Positions 1 to 9,526 of a stretch of DNA of 64,000 nt are shown piece after piece. This DNA is from an uncultured Verrucomicrobiota bacterium (GTDB lineage Bacteria; Verrucomicrobiota; Verrucomicrobiia; Limisphaerales; UBA9464), in the NCBI GenBank assembly GCA_964474315.1, contig CAYYSX010000001.1:578-64577 (forward strand). The letters run 5' to 3'. Under the pieces are notes generated by a model that made no database searches, had not been told where the DNA came from, and worked only from the letters and a program-made list of their open reading frames with translations. Both the position numbers and the translations under genes were made by a program. The stretch's first letter is position 1. Every line of letters starts with the position of its first letter.

Positions 1-57
1 AGCCACCGGGGTTTTTGATTTCCCCCCTCCTCGCCTGCTCCCATCCTGTTCGCCCTG

Positions 58-1314
58 GTGATTGCTCCTGTTCCACTCGGCCTGCACCGGTCGTTCGGCT
101 TCGGTGACCGTCTCGGCTTGGCCACGCCCGGCCATTTGGCGGCGGCTCGGCAGTTCCCGGATTTCGCTCCCATCTTCGCCCAACAATCCATCCGCGAGAT
201 GACCCGGACCCAGCGGACGCCGCAGGAGGTCCTGGTGGCCGCCACCGACGCGCTGACGGCGGCCGGGTTCACCGGAAGGTGGGGCGCGGATGGCGATCAC
301 TTGAAGACTCCGGAGGACGTTCAACGGGTGGCAGCGGCCGGATTCTGTTTCTTCACCATCGATCCGAGCGCCTCGGTCAACAACACCGCGGACCACCTGG
401 ACGAGGCGGCTTTGCGCGAAGCGGTGGTCGGGCTGGAGCAAGAGGGATTATTCACCGGCTTCGACTGGCGGGAGTATTACCTGAACCGGGTTTTCACCGT
501 GGGCAGTCGGATTCCGCCGCTGCGCTTCGACGAGGAGACCTTGTTTCGCGCGGCAGTGAAGTACGCCCGCGCAACGGCGCAGGCCGAGGTCATGGGCAAG
601 GCCATTGCTTCGGCTTCCGGGGGACGAGGGGAAATCGAAGTGTCGGTGGACGAAACTGACTCGCCGACCTCGCCCTTGGAACACCTCTTCTTTGCCCTCG
701 AACTGCAACGGCGGGGCGTGCCGAACCTGGTCAGCCTGGCACCGCGCTTCATTGGAGACTTTGAGAAAGGGATCGACTACCGCGGGGATCTGGTCCGGTT
801 TGAGGAACAACTGAAAGTCCACGTCGCTATCGCCAAGTTTGTCGGACCGTACAAAATCAGCATCCACAGCGGCTCGGATAAGTTCAGCGTCTATCCCATC
901 ATCGGCCGGGTGTGTCGGGATCTGCTGCATGTAAAGACCGCGGGAACCAGCTATTTGGAGGCGTTGCGGGTGGTGGCGCGTACGTGTCCGGCGTTGTTTG
1001 CCGAAATGGCCGCGTACTGCCGGGATCGTTTCGATACCGACCGCGCCAGCTACCACATCTCCACCACCGACGCTGAGGTCGCCGCCTTGCCGGTGTATGG
1101 CGGCGTGACGGAGGAGTCGGCGTATCTGGACCAGGTGGCGGGCCGCCAGTTGTTGCACGTGACCTTTGGTTCGGTGCTGACCCAGGGCCGGGAGGCGTCG
1201 GGCCGGCCCTTCAAGGAAGCCATTCTCGAAACGCTTCACCGCCATGCCGATTTGCACGCAGAATTACTGGAGAACCATTTTGTGAAGCATCTCGCGACGC
1301 TCAACGCCGGCTGA
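58..1314 (+). CDS. uxaE: tagaturonate/fructuronate epimerase (UxaE family)
   Basis: This is a 418-aa ORF with a GTG start. An in-frame TGA at 16-18 forbids upstream extension. The motifs SFGFGDRLG, PIFAQQSIRE, GADGDHLK and FFTIDPS match my recollection of Thermotoga UxaE. Confidence 0.65.
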   Translation: MIAPVPLGLHRSFGFGDRLGLATPGHLAAARQFPDFAPIFAQQSIREMTRTQRTPQEVLVAATDALTAAGFTGRWGADGDHLKTPEDVQRVAAAGFCFFTIDPSASVNNTADHLDEAALREAVVGLEQEGLFTGFDWREYYLNRVFTVGSRIPPLRFDEETLFRAAVKYARATAQAEVMGKAIASASGGRGEIEVSVDETDSPTSPLEHLFFALELQRRGVPNLVSLAPRFIGDFEKGIDYRGDLVRFEEQLKVHVAIAKFVGPYKISIHSGSDKFSVYPIIGRVCRDLLHVKTAGTSYLEALRVVARTCPALFAEMAAYCRDRFDTDRASYHISTTDAEVAALPVYGGVTEESAYLDQVAGRQLLHVTFGSVLTQGREASGRPFKEAILETLHRHADLHAELLENHFVKHLATLNAG

Positions 1315-1393
1315 CTAAACATCGTAAGAATTCAGTTCCGCCCCCGCAGGAGTACTCGATCGGAACCTCCGGCTGCGGGCCCAGGACTCCTCC

Positions 1394-3259
1394 ATGTTCA
1401 CGCTCACCGAAGTTTCCAAATCTTATGGCGGCCGAACTTTGTTCGAAGACGTCACGTTGACCATCAACCGGTCGGACCGGCTGGGCTTGGTCGGTCCCAA
1501 CGGCGCCGGGAAGTCCACGCTGTTCAAGTTGATTCTCGGCCAGGAGGAAGCCACCAGCGGGGGGATTACGCGTCAACGCGGGGCGACGGTAGGATTCCTT
1601 CCGCAAGAGAACGCGCCGGTCGGTGAGGAAACGGTGCTCGAACTGGCCACGAGCCATTTGCACGGTGACGAATTCGGAAGTTTCGATGGCGCACTCGTGG
1701 CGAAAGCCAAGCGGATTCTCAAGGGACTCTCGTTCCGCGAAGGCGACTATGACCGGCCGGCCCGGACCTTGTCCGGCGGTTGGGTGATGCGGGCGCATCT
1801 GGCGCGGTTGTTGGTGCAGGAACCCGACTTGTTGATGCTCGACGAGCCCACCAACCACCTCGACCTGGAGACGTTGCTCTGGTTCCAGGAATACCTGGAG
1901 ACTTACCCGGGAGGCATCGTCTTGATTTCCCATGACCGGGAGTTTCTGAACCAGTTGGTGACCGGCATCATCGAGTTGCGGAGCGGTGAGTTGCACCGGT
2001 ACACGGGGAACTTTGATTCGTTTGTCGAGGAGCGGGCGGCGCGGGAACAGCAGCAGTGGTCGGCCTTCAAGAACCAACAGCGGGAGATCGCCCGACTCCA
2101 GGAGTTTGCCGACCGCTTTCGCGCCAAAGCCAGCAAGGCCAGTCAGGCGCAGGCGAAGCTCAAGCAGATTGCTCGAATGGAGAAGATCGAAGCCCCGGAG
2201 GCCGCGGCCGCTACGGTGGATTTCTCCTTTCCCCAACCCGAACCGAGCGGGCAACGGGTGATCGGCCTGCGCGGAGTGGACTTCGCGTACGGCGACCACG
2301 TGGTGTACCGCGGACTGGACTTTCAGGCGGAGAAGGGCGAACGCACCGTGCTGGTGGGACCCAATGGCGCCGGCAAATCGACGCTGCTAAAACTTCTGGC
2401 CGGTGTGCTCACTCCCCAAGCGGGAACACGCGAAACCGGATTGCGGGTCAAGATCGGGTACTTTTCCCAGTATCGCAGCGAGATGCTGGACGCGGGCCGG
2501 ACCGTGCTGGAGGAAGCGTTCGATACCCCCCGGCTGCTGCGCGAAACCGATGTGCGGGCGTTGTTAGGCTGCTTCCTGTTCCGGGAGGATGACGTAAAGA
2601 AGAAGGTGAAGGTCCTGAGCGGCGGTGAGAAAAGCCGGCTCGCGCTGGTCAAGCTGCTCCTCGATCCGCCGAATTTATTGTTGATGGATGAGCCCACGAC
2701 CCACCTCGACATGGGCAGTATCGACGCGGTGATTGCCGCGCTCAGCGATTTCACCGGAACCCTGATCTTCATCAGTCACGACGTGTATCTGATCCGGGCT
2801 TTGGCGACCAAGGTGCTGCATGTCAACGCCGGCCGCCTGACACCCTACGCCGGGGGATACGAGTATTACCTGGAGAAGTCGAAGGCCGGTTCGGCCCGAC
2901 AGGCGCTGACGGCCGGTTTGCAGAACGGCCGGCCGGAGGAAGCGCCCCGACCGGTGATGCGGGAGATCCAACGGGACCAGGGTTCGCAGAAGGAACGGCG
3001 CGAACGGGCCGCCGCGTTGCGTCGAGAACTGGGGGAGCAACGTCGCCAAGTTGCGGCCTTGGAGGCCGACATTCTTCGCCTGGAGGAGCGGCAGGGCTCG
3101 TTGACCGCTGAGCTGGAGCGTCCGGAGACTTATTCCACTCCGGGTCGGGTGGTGGCCGTGAATGGCGAGTTGGCGCAGGTGCAGACGGAGTTAAGCGCCA
3201 AGATCAATGCCTGGGAGGCCGCGGCTTCACGGCTTTCGCGGTTGGAGGAGGGGGAATAG
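1394..3259 (+). CDS. ABC-F family ATPase (two ABC domains, no transmembrane domain)
   Basis: Walker A GPNGAGKST occurs twice. The signature motifs are LSGGWVMR and LSGGEKSR. Walker B is LLMLDEPTNHLD and LLLMDEPTTHLD. The C-terminal tail is Arg/Glu-rich and coiled-coil-like. Confidence 0.9.
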   Translation: MFTLTEVSKSYGGRTLFEDVTLTINRSDRLGLVGPNGAGKSTLFKLILGQEEATSGGITRQRGATVGFLPQENAPVGEETVLELATSHLHGDEFGSFDGALVAKAKRILKGLSFREGDYDRPARTLSGGWVMRAHLARLLVQEPDLLMLDEPTNHLDLETLLWFQEYLETYPGGIVLISHDREFLNQLVTGIIELRSGELHRYTGNFDSFVEERAAREQQQWSAFKNQQREIARLQEFADRFRAKASKASQAQAKLKQIARMEKIEAPEAAAATVDFSFPQPEPSGQRVIGLRGVDFAYGDHVVYRGLDFQAEKGERTVLVGPNGAGKSTLLKLLAGVLTPQAGTRETGLRVKIGYFSQYRSEMLDAGRTVLEEAFDTPRLLRETDVRALLGCFLFREDDVKKKVKVLSGGEKSRLALVKLLLDPPNLLLMDEPTTHLDMGSIDAVIAALSDFTGTLIFISHDVYLIRALATKVLHVNAGRLTPYAGGYEYYLEKSKAGSARQALTAGLQNGRPEEAPRPVMREIQRDQGSQKERRERAAALRRELGEQRRQVAALEADILRLEERQGSLTAELERPETYSTPGRVVAVNGELAQVQTELSAKINAWEAAASRLSRLEEGE

Positions 3260-3412
3260 TGAGAACAAATAAGAAACAAGGGACCGGGCATCGATGGCTG
3301 CGCGTCGGCCCAGTCGCTTGCACCGAACAGCTTGATCCGGTGGTGGCGGTGAGGGTGGTGCTGGAGACGGCTTCGAGCTGGGCGATGAGTTCCTGGGTGG
3401 TGGATACGGCAA

Positions 3413-4291
3413 CTACCCGCCGGCCGCTCGGACGGTGTTGGCCAATAGCATCGCAATGGTCATCGGGCCTACCCCGCCGGGATTGGGCGTAATCCTTCCC
3501 GCCTTGGGCTGCACCTCCGCAAACGCCACATCCCCCACCAGGCGGGTGCCCGTCCGGCTTTCCGGATCGTTTACCCGGTTGACGCCGACGTCGATCACTG
3601 TGGCCCCGGGTTTGACCATCTCGCCGCGGACAAACTCGGGCACGCCCAGGGCGGCAATGAGCACATCCGCGCGGCGGCAGTGGGCTCCAATGTCACGCGT
3701 ACCGCTATGGCAGATGGTCACGGTGCAATTCGCGTGGCGGCCTTTTTGCAGAAGGATCGAAGCCATCGGCTTGCCCACGATGTTGCCGCGACCGAGCACC
3801 ACCACCTCAGCACCGTCGAGCGGGATCTGAGAACGAATCAACAGTTCGTGGATGCCGCCGGGGGTACATGGAATGAATCCGGTCGGGTCGCCCAACATCA
3901 GTTTCCCGACGTTCAACGGATGAAACCCATCGACGTCCTTGGCTGGAGACACGTGCGAGAATACCGCGGCTTGGTCGAGGTGTCGGGGCAATGGCGCCTG
4001 TACCAGAATGCCATGCCATTGAGGGTCGGCATTGAACGAATCCAGCAGGTCGAACAGGTCCGTTTGGGCGGTGGACTCGGGAAGGACCACGGTGTGAGAA
4101 CGGAATCCCAATTCCGCCGCCCGTTTCTCCTTCATCCCGACATACACCTGTGAGGCGGGATCTTCGCCCACCCGGACGAACAGGAGCCCCGGGACCGTTC
4201 CCCGGGCCTTCAATTCCTTCACGCGCCGGCCTGTTTCGGCGTGGACCTGCGCGGCGATGGCCCGGCCGTCGATGAGGTTAGGCACGGCCAT
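3413..4291 (-). CDS. folD: bifunctional methylenetetrahydrofolate dehydrogenase / methenyl-THF cyclohydrolase
   Basis: Motifs include LIDGRAIAAQV, VRVGEDPASQVYVGMKEKRAAELG, GFHPLNVGKL, VVVLGRGNIVGKPMA and PGGVGPMTIAML. I chose the start at MAVPNL (4291) because the longer ORF start would overlap the upstream gene. Confidence 0.92.
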   Translation of the reverse strand: MAVPNLIDGRAIAAQVHAETGRRVKELKARGTVPGLLFVRVGEDPASQVYVGMKEKRAAELGFRSHTVVLPESTAQTDLFDLLDSFNADPQWHGILVQAPLPRHLDQAAVFSHVSPAKDVDGFHPLNVGKLMLGDPTGFIPCTPGGIHELLIRSQIPLDGAEVVVLGRGNIVGKPMASILLQKGRHANCTVTICHSGTRDIGAHCRRADVLIAALGVPEFVRGEMVKPGATVIDVGVNRVNDPESRTGTRLVGDVAFAEVQPKAGRITPNPGGVGPMTIAMLLANTVRAAGG

Positions 4292-4299
4292 CGGCAAGG

Positions 4300-5409
4300 T
4301 CAGGGGAGGATCTGGATGTTCTCCACCTTGAGCACCGGCAGACGCCACCGTTTGTCCAGGTATTCGTGACCGCTCACCATGACCCGCTGGCCGGCGAACT
4401 GGCGTTGGTTGATCAGCGCCTCGAAGAGGAGGAAGTTGATGGCGCCTTCATTGTAGAATCCACGTCGCAGTTCGAATTGGGTCGGAGCCTGCGGGCTGGT
4501 GGTCGGCCGAACGTATCCCTCGCGAACCACGAAGCGGGGAACGGTCATGTCGTTCAAATCCTGATCGAAATCGATCAACTGGGTCCCCAGAAGGACATAA
4601 GGGCCAGGGGTGATGGGGCGGGAACTCAGATCGCGGGGAGAACCGACCGGAGGTCGGCGGGCCGGTTCGGCCACGGGAAAATCCAGGAACATGTTCGGCT
4701 CGTCCTGGGGCGGTTCCGTTTCGACGGGGGGCGGCGCAACGACCTGAGCCGGCACGGGCTCGATGGGGGTCACGATCGGTGCCGGCGGCGGTGGTTCAGC
4801 GACCGGGGGGGTAACCGGAGCGGGGCTACGGGTGACCTGGGTGGTGGTTGGAAGCGTCGCTACCGAACTGGAAGCAGGCGGTGGGGGTTGGAGCGGAACC
4901 ACGGGTCTGGCACTGGAAGGAGCGGGGGTAGTCACGACCGGCGGCGGAACCTCCCCGCCCAGCAATCGGGAAGCGATGTAAGCCACGGCCCCCGCCGGCG
5001 GTTCGATTTGCAGCCAGCCACCCGACTCCTGGATGACGGTGACGACGTCACCGCGTTTCAATTGTCCCAAGACGCTGTAATTGAGGCCGGGACCCGTCCG
5101 GAAGTTCAGCTCCCGTGCTTGAACCGTACCCGCCGGGCGGTTCACCAACGGTCCATGCACCCATACGGCCACGGATTTCGGCAGGGCAATGCGAGTCCAG
5201 GGCTCCTTGCCCCCGGTCGGCAACACCTCGCCCAACACGGTCACCTCCTGGCCCGGATTGAGCGAAGCCAGCACCTCGGCATCCAACGACGGCTGGGCCC
5301 GAACGTTGGTGCGGTTGGCCTTGACGATCACCCGGCTTTGGGCGGTGGCGAACGACGCGCCCCACCACAGGACCAGCAGGACGACGGAGGCACGGATAAG
5401 TCGGTTCAT
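4300..5409 (-). CDS. secreted SH3b-domain protein with a proline-rich linker
   Basis: The signal peptide is MNRLIRASVVLLVLWWGASFATA. There are two SH3b-like segments (VKANRTNVRAQPSLDAEVLASLNPGQEVTVLGE and ELNFRTGPGLNYSVLGQLKRGDVVTVIQE). A ~100-aa P/V/T-rich linker follows. The stop lies 8 nt before the folD start. Confidence 0.6.
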   Translation of the reverse strand: MNRLIRASVVLLVLWWGASFATAQSRVIVKANRTNVRAQPSLDAEVLASLNPGQEVTVLGEVLPTGGKEPWTRIALPKSVAVWVHGPLVNRPAGTVQARELNFRTGPGLNYSVLGQLKRGDVVTVIQESGGWLQIEPPAGAVAYIASRLLGGEVPPPVVTTPAPSSARPVVPLQPPPPASSSVATLPTTTQVTRSPAPVTPPVAEPPPPAPIVTPIEPVPAQVVAPPPVETEPPQDEPNMFLDFPVAEPARRPPVGSPRDLSSRPITPGPYVLLGTQLIDFDQDLNDMTVPRFVVREGYVRPTTSPQAPTQFELRRGFYNEGAINFLLFEALINQRQFAGQRVMVSGHEYLDKRWRLPVLKVENIQILP

Positions 5410-5461
5410 GGGAAAGTGGCCGGGCCACAATGGGCGGCGGCGGTATGGGCAGAGTCCGAAC

Positions 5462-6175
5462 TCAGGCGGGAGGTCGCAAGAGTGATTTAACTTCGGCGTC
5501 ACCTAACACCCGCCATCGGCCCGGAGGGAGCTGCCCGAGTTTGACTGGTCCAATCTGGATGCGCTTCAGTTTTTCCACCGGACGCCCAATGAGCTCGAAG
5601 AGACGTCGGACCTCGCGGTTCTTCCCTTGCGTCAGCTCCAACTCGACCGTGCTGTGGCTGTTGTTGGCGCTCAGAATGCGGACTCGTTCCGCCTTGAGCA
5701 GGTCGCCTTCGTGCTGGACTCCACGCAGGAAGGGATCGGTGTTCCGCGTTTCCACCCGGCCGACGACAACGACCTGGTACTTCTTGCGGACGCCATAACG
5801 CGGATGAGTGAGGCGCAGGCTGAACTCGCCGTCGTTGGTGAGGAACAGCAAGCCCTCGCTGTCCCGGTCGAGGCGCCCCACTGTGAACAGGTGTCCCCAT
5901 TCCTTGGGCAGCAGGTCGGTGACCACCTGCCGGTCCTGCGGATCACGACGGGTGCAGACGAAACCGGGCGGCTTGTTGAGGGCCACGTAGAGTTTACGTC
6001 GGGGCCGGATCTCCCGGTTTTCCACCGCCACACTGTCGCGGGCGGGATCCACCTTGGTCCCCAGGAGTTGGACCACCTTCCCGTTGACGCGCACCTTGCC
6101 GGCGGAAATCAGTTGTTCGGACTGCCGGCGGGAGGCCACTCCGGCATCGGCGAGGAATTTTTGCAGGCGGATCAT
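5462..6175 (-). CDS. rluB: pseudouridine synthase, RsuA/RluB family
   Basis: The S4 domain is IRLQKFLADAGVASRRQSEQLISAGKVRVNG and the catalytic motif is GRLDRDSEGLLFLTNDG. I chose the start at MIRLQK (6175). Confidence 0.85.
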   Translation of the reverse strand: MIRLQKFLADAGVASRRQSEQLISAGKVRVNGKVVQLLGTKVDPARDSVAVENREIRPRRKLYVALNKPPGFVCTRRDPQDRQVVTDLLPKEWGHLFTVGRLDRDSEGLLFLTNDGEFSLRLTHPRYGVRKKYQVVVVGRVETRNTDPFLRGVQHEGDLLKAERVRILSANNSHSTVELELTQGKNREVRRLFELIGRPVEKLKRIQIGPVKLGQLPPGRWRVLGDAEVKSLLRPPA

Positions 6176-6274
6176 CGGCGGTGAGCAGGGGCTGGAAACG
6201 ACAAAAGCCGATGACGGGTTTCCGGTGAACCGGACCGCCATCGGCCGTCGGGCCAGAATCGATCGGGCGCGGGA

Positions 6275-6430
6275 CTATTCCGCGGGCTTGGTTTTGCGCA
6301 GGCCGGTGACGCGGTCCCCATCGTTCCACTGCCGGCGGGACTTGAGCAGGGCGACGCGTTCAAAGCGCTTCAAGACATTGCGTTTGGTGGCCGTGGTGTT
6401 GGCGCTACGGAGGCTGCGGTGCTGTGACAT
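6275..6430 (-). CDS. small basic protein (51 aa) of the family annotated in Planctomycetes, Verrucomicrobia and Leptospira
   Basis: This gene is absent from the ORF track because it is shorter than 60 aa. My translation is MSQHRSLRSANTTATKRNVLKRFERVALLKSRRQWNDGDRVTGLRKTKPAE. The RNVLKR.ER core and the W..G....GL.K tail match my memory of that family. Confidence 0.6.
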   Translation of the reverse strand: MSQHRSLRSANTTATKRNVLKRFERVALLKSRRQWNDGDRVTGLRKTKPAE

Positions 6431-6574
6431 GTTAAGATTCGGAACGTTGAACGACCGCCGGCCGGGCCGCGCGGAGCGCGCTGTTTAGCAAAGGAACCGC
6501 CCAATGCAAACGGCTTTTTTGGAAGGAGACGACGCAGGTCAGCGCCCAGACCGTCCGGTCCGATTCGTTCCCCC

Positions 6575-8428
6575 TCATTCCGCGGGCGGTCGCCGCACCA
6601 CTTTCACGGCGATATCCTCGTCGAACTGAGGCAAAACCAAAGCGGCCTTTCCTCCGGACGCCTGGAACTTCTGGCGCGCCACCCAACGGCCCGACACTGG
6701 ATTCAACCAATCGGCCTGCCATTCGCCATCGGACAAGGCCAGCGTCAGAAACGTGGACCGTCCGCCGCCCGAGGCCGGGAATGGGGAGTCCGTTCCCCAG
6801 GCAAAGTGAACCTGCGGATCCGTCCGGATCTGCCATGCCCGATCAAAATCCCGCCCCTGAAAATACCGTCCGGTCAGCCCCGGCCCGGCCCCCGCCTCGG
6901 GATGGAGTGCCTGATGCGGAACGGCCTGGCGCCGCCGGTCAGGGCGCGACCATTCCAGTTTCATCACCGCCTGACCGCCATTGTAGAAGTACTCCAGCCG
7001 CACCGGATGCCGCCGGCCTGCTTCGAGGCGAACCACCGCGGTATCTTCCGTCTCGCTGTGATCGGTCCAGTTGTCGATCAACAGTCGCTCATCGAGCCAA
7101 AGTCGTACCCCGTCGTTGGAAAACGTGTGCAGGGTGTAGTCTCCGGATTCCGGTGCTTCGAGAAATCCCGTCCACCGGACCGAGAATCGGGTCACCACTC
7201 CCGGTCGGAAATAAGCCGCAACCACCTTTCCCGGTTCGACCAGCGCCCGGGCCGTGTGACTGGGCGGAACGCCTTCCAGAAAGACCGTGTCGTCGGGATG
7301 CATACGAACCAACGGAAGACTGCGGAGGAAATCGCCGAGATGTTTCATTTCGCGGCGGAACTGCGGATTGCCTCCACCCGGCTGCGTCGCGGGATAAGCG
7401 AAGGTCCCGTCCTCGAATCCCACCGCGAACGAATAGTCCAGGTGGTTGAACAACCCTCCCCCCGCGATCAGGAAATCCCAACCCTCCATCCGATAGGGGG
7501 CGTTGTTCGTGCCGCGGAAACCGGTCTCGTTGTCGCCAATGACCCGGTTTAGACTCCAGTTCTGCGCCACGGCGTCCGGCGGGGTTGCATAATGAAAATT
7601 GAAGATCGAAACGGCCGGATGCGGATGGGTCACCACGGCGGTGTTGTTGGCGATGTTCCAGGAGATGAGCTTGGGGTGCGGATGCGACTGCTGCGCGGCG
7701 GCAATCACCTCGGTCAGATGTCGCTGCCAGTCATCGGGGGTTTGGGTGACATAGGGTTCGTTGATGAGTTCGTAGTAGATGTTGCCGAAGTCCTGCAGCT
7801 CCGCGACGAACTTGCGAGCCAACTCCTCTTGGTGGGCCAGGTAGGGACCGCTCTGATTCAAAGTAAGAACGTCCTCGCGCCGGATCGACGGCAAACCGTT
7901 GATGTTATTCTGCGGGTGGTAGGGACTCAGTTGCCACTGCCGGTCTTCATAGAGCACGCAGAACAGGGCGACTTCGACGATGATTCCCCGGCGTTCGGCA
8001 TGACTGAGGAAGTCGCGGAGCCGGCGAAAATAAGCCTCATCCCAGCGGTCGAGATCGAACTTGTTGCCGCCGCCCGCGTAGCCGGGCTGGTCGCTCCGGG
8101 CATAGGGGGATAGAAAGCGTCCCGGCGCCGGAGCGAGCGTGTTGCGCTCAATGTTGAACGCGCCCGGCGGCTCGACGTACATGCCCCCGGTGAAGAGGCG
8201 GGTGTGGTTGAGGCCGTCCTGGGCCAGCGTGTCGAGGTACTTGCGGAAATCGAAATCGGCATTGAGCACGGCGCCGTAGTGTTCAGCGGAAGTCAGCAGG
8301 ATCACCGGTTTCCCTCGCCATTCGAGATACCGCGGGTTGGCTGGGTGTAGCTTTAAGGTATCCCCCGCAGTGGCCGCCGCCGCCGGAACCGCCAGGACCA
8401 AGGCGAACAGGAGAAGATGAAGGCGCAT
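6575..8428 (-). CDS. secreted clan GH-A (GH5-like) glycoside hydrolase with a C-terminal PA14 domain
   Basis: The signal peptide is MRLHLLLFALVLAVPAAAA. The NEP acid/base motif is in IYYELINEPYV. The PA14-like segment is FSVRWTGFLEAPESGDYTLHTFSNDGVRLWLDERLLIDNW...VRLEYFYNGGQAVMKLEWS. Confidence 0.7.
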   Translation of the reverse strand: MRLHLLLFALVLAVPAAAATAGDTLKLHPANPRYLEWRGKPVILLTSAEHYGAVLNADFDFRKYLDTLAQDGLNHTRLFTGGMYVEPPGAFNIERNTLAPAPGRFLSPYARSDQPGYAGGGNKFDLDRWDEAYFRRLRDFLSHAERRGIIVEVALFCVLYEDRQWQLSPYHPQNNINGLPSIRREDVLTLNQSGPYLAHQEELARKFVAELQDFGNIYYELINEPYVTQTPDDWQRHLTEVIAAAQQSHPHPKLISWNIANNTAVVTHPHPAVSIFNFHYATPPDAVAQNWSLNRVIGDNETGFRGTNNAPYRMEGWDFLIAGGGLFNHLDYSFAVGFEDGTFAYPATQPGGGNPQFRREMKHLGDFLRSLPLVRMHPDDTVFLEGVPPSHTARALVEPGKVVAAYFRPGVVTRFSVRWTGFLEAPESGDYTLHTFSNDGVRLWLDERLLIDNWTDHSETEDTAVVRLEAGRRHPVRLEYFYNGGQAVMKLEWSRPDRRRQAVPHQALHPEAGAGPGLTGRYFQGRDFDRAWQIRTDPQVHFAWGTDSPFPASGGGRSTFLTLALSDGEWQADWLNPVSGRWVARQKFQASGGKAALVLPQFDEDIAVKVVRRPPAE

Positions 8429-8526
8429 GGAAGTAGAGGTGAGGACAAGAAGTTAAACCCGAAATGGGCCACATTGAAGGCGGAAATGCCTGGTGTCGTA
8501 ACTCAGCAAATCAGCGGGCGGAGCCG

Positions 8527-9477
8527 TCAACGAGCGGCTCGGTGCCGAATCGCCAGCACGCTTCCCACCGGACGCGGCGCGCCGTCGTAGAGCGGATTGC
8601 GCGGTCGGTTCAACACCCCGCCTTCCGCCACCGCCAAAGTCGATGATCCCCCGCCGTCCATGCGGATCGCATCGCTGGCTCCCAGCCGACCGATCAGTTC
8701 CGACGCCTCCCAAGGGGTGAGGCCTTCGCTGTAACCCGGTTGTCCCCCGTCCACCACCAACCAGTACATCCAGCGCCGGTCTTCTGACAGGCCCACCACC
8801 GTCGTGGCATCCAGGACGATCCGTTCGCCCACATTCTCTCCGTCCCGTCGGATGACGAGAAATCCGCCGACTCCTTCCCGGGCATCGTCAATGGGCATCC
8901 GCGCCTCCAACAACCGCACCACGCCATCACTACGCACCACCAGGTTGTCCAGGTTCCCGACTGGTTCCGACCAGCGTTCGCCGTCGGAAACGGCGAGTCC
9001 TTGTAGTTGGGTGGGTCGTCCGGGAAAGAGGGGTGCCGGAGTAAACGGGGTCGCATTGATCACCGCTCGCAGACGATGTTCCTTCAACCAGGTCATCGGC
9101 CACTCGGCCTGGGTCTCCCCTCCCCCGGCGTAGGCGGCCCGGGGGACCACCAACTCCAAGCCCGGTTCGTTCAAGTCAATCCGCAAAACATGACCACGCA
9201 GGGGGCGCGGTGAGTGCAGGTGGGCTCGGGCGTATTCGATACCCGGTTCCAACGTTTGCCAGTCTCCGAAGGCGTCCCCGGCCGGGGGCCAACGTTCCAT
9301 CCAGCGCGGACCGCGCAGCCCGCCCGCCCGCGCCCACCCCAGGACGGACAGGCCCATCAACAACAGCGACACGCCCAGCCCGAGGGCCACCCGAAGCTTG
9401 AGGTTGACCGGCTGTTTTGCCTTCCGCCGCCGAACGCGTCGGCTCCGGCGAATGCGTGGTTGTTCGGAGGGGGGCAT
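8527..9477 (-). CDS. phosphodiester glycosidase family protein (DUF2233-like), membrane anchored
   Basis: A basic N-terminus is followed by a transmembrane segment (RVALGLGVSLLLMGLSVLGW). Motifs include INATPF, GLAVSDGERWS and IRMDGGGSSTL. I chose the start at MPPSEQ (9477) to avoid overlapping dus. Confidence 0.65.
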   Translation of the reverse strand: MPPSEQPRIRRSRRVRRRKAKQPVNLKLRVALGLGVSLLLMGLSVLGWARAGGLRGPRWMERWPPAGDAFGDWQTLEPGIEYARAHLHSPRPLRGHVLRIDLNEPGLELVVPRAAYAGGGETQAEWPMTWLKEHRLRAVINATPFTPAPLFPGRPTQLQGLAVSDGERWSEPVGNLDNLVVRSDGVVRLLEARMPIDDAREGVGGFLVIRRDGENVGERIVLDATTVVGLSEDRRWMYWLVVDGGQPGYSEGLTPWEASELIGRLGASDAIRMDGGGSSTLAVAEGGVLNRPRNPLYDGAPRPVGSVLAIRHRAAR

Positions 9478-9526
9478 GCGGGCCGGCCAACGGTGGCCGT
9501 TTGTGGCCGCCGACAAAACATCATTC

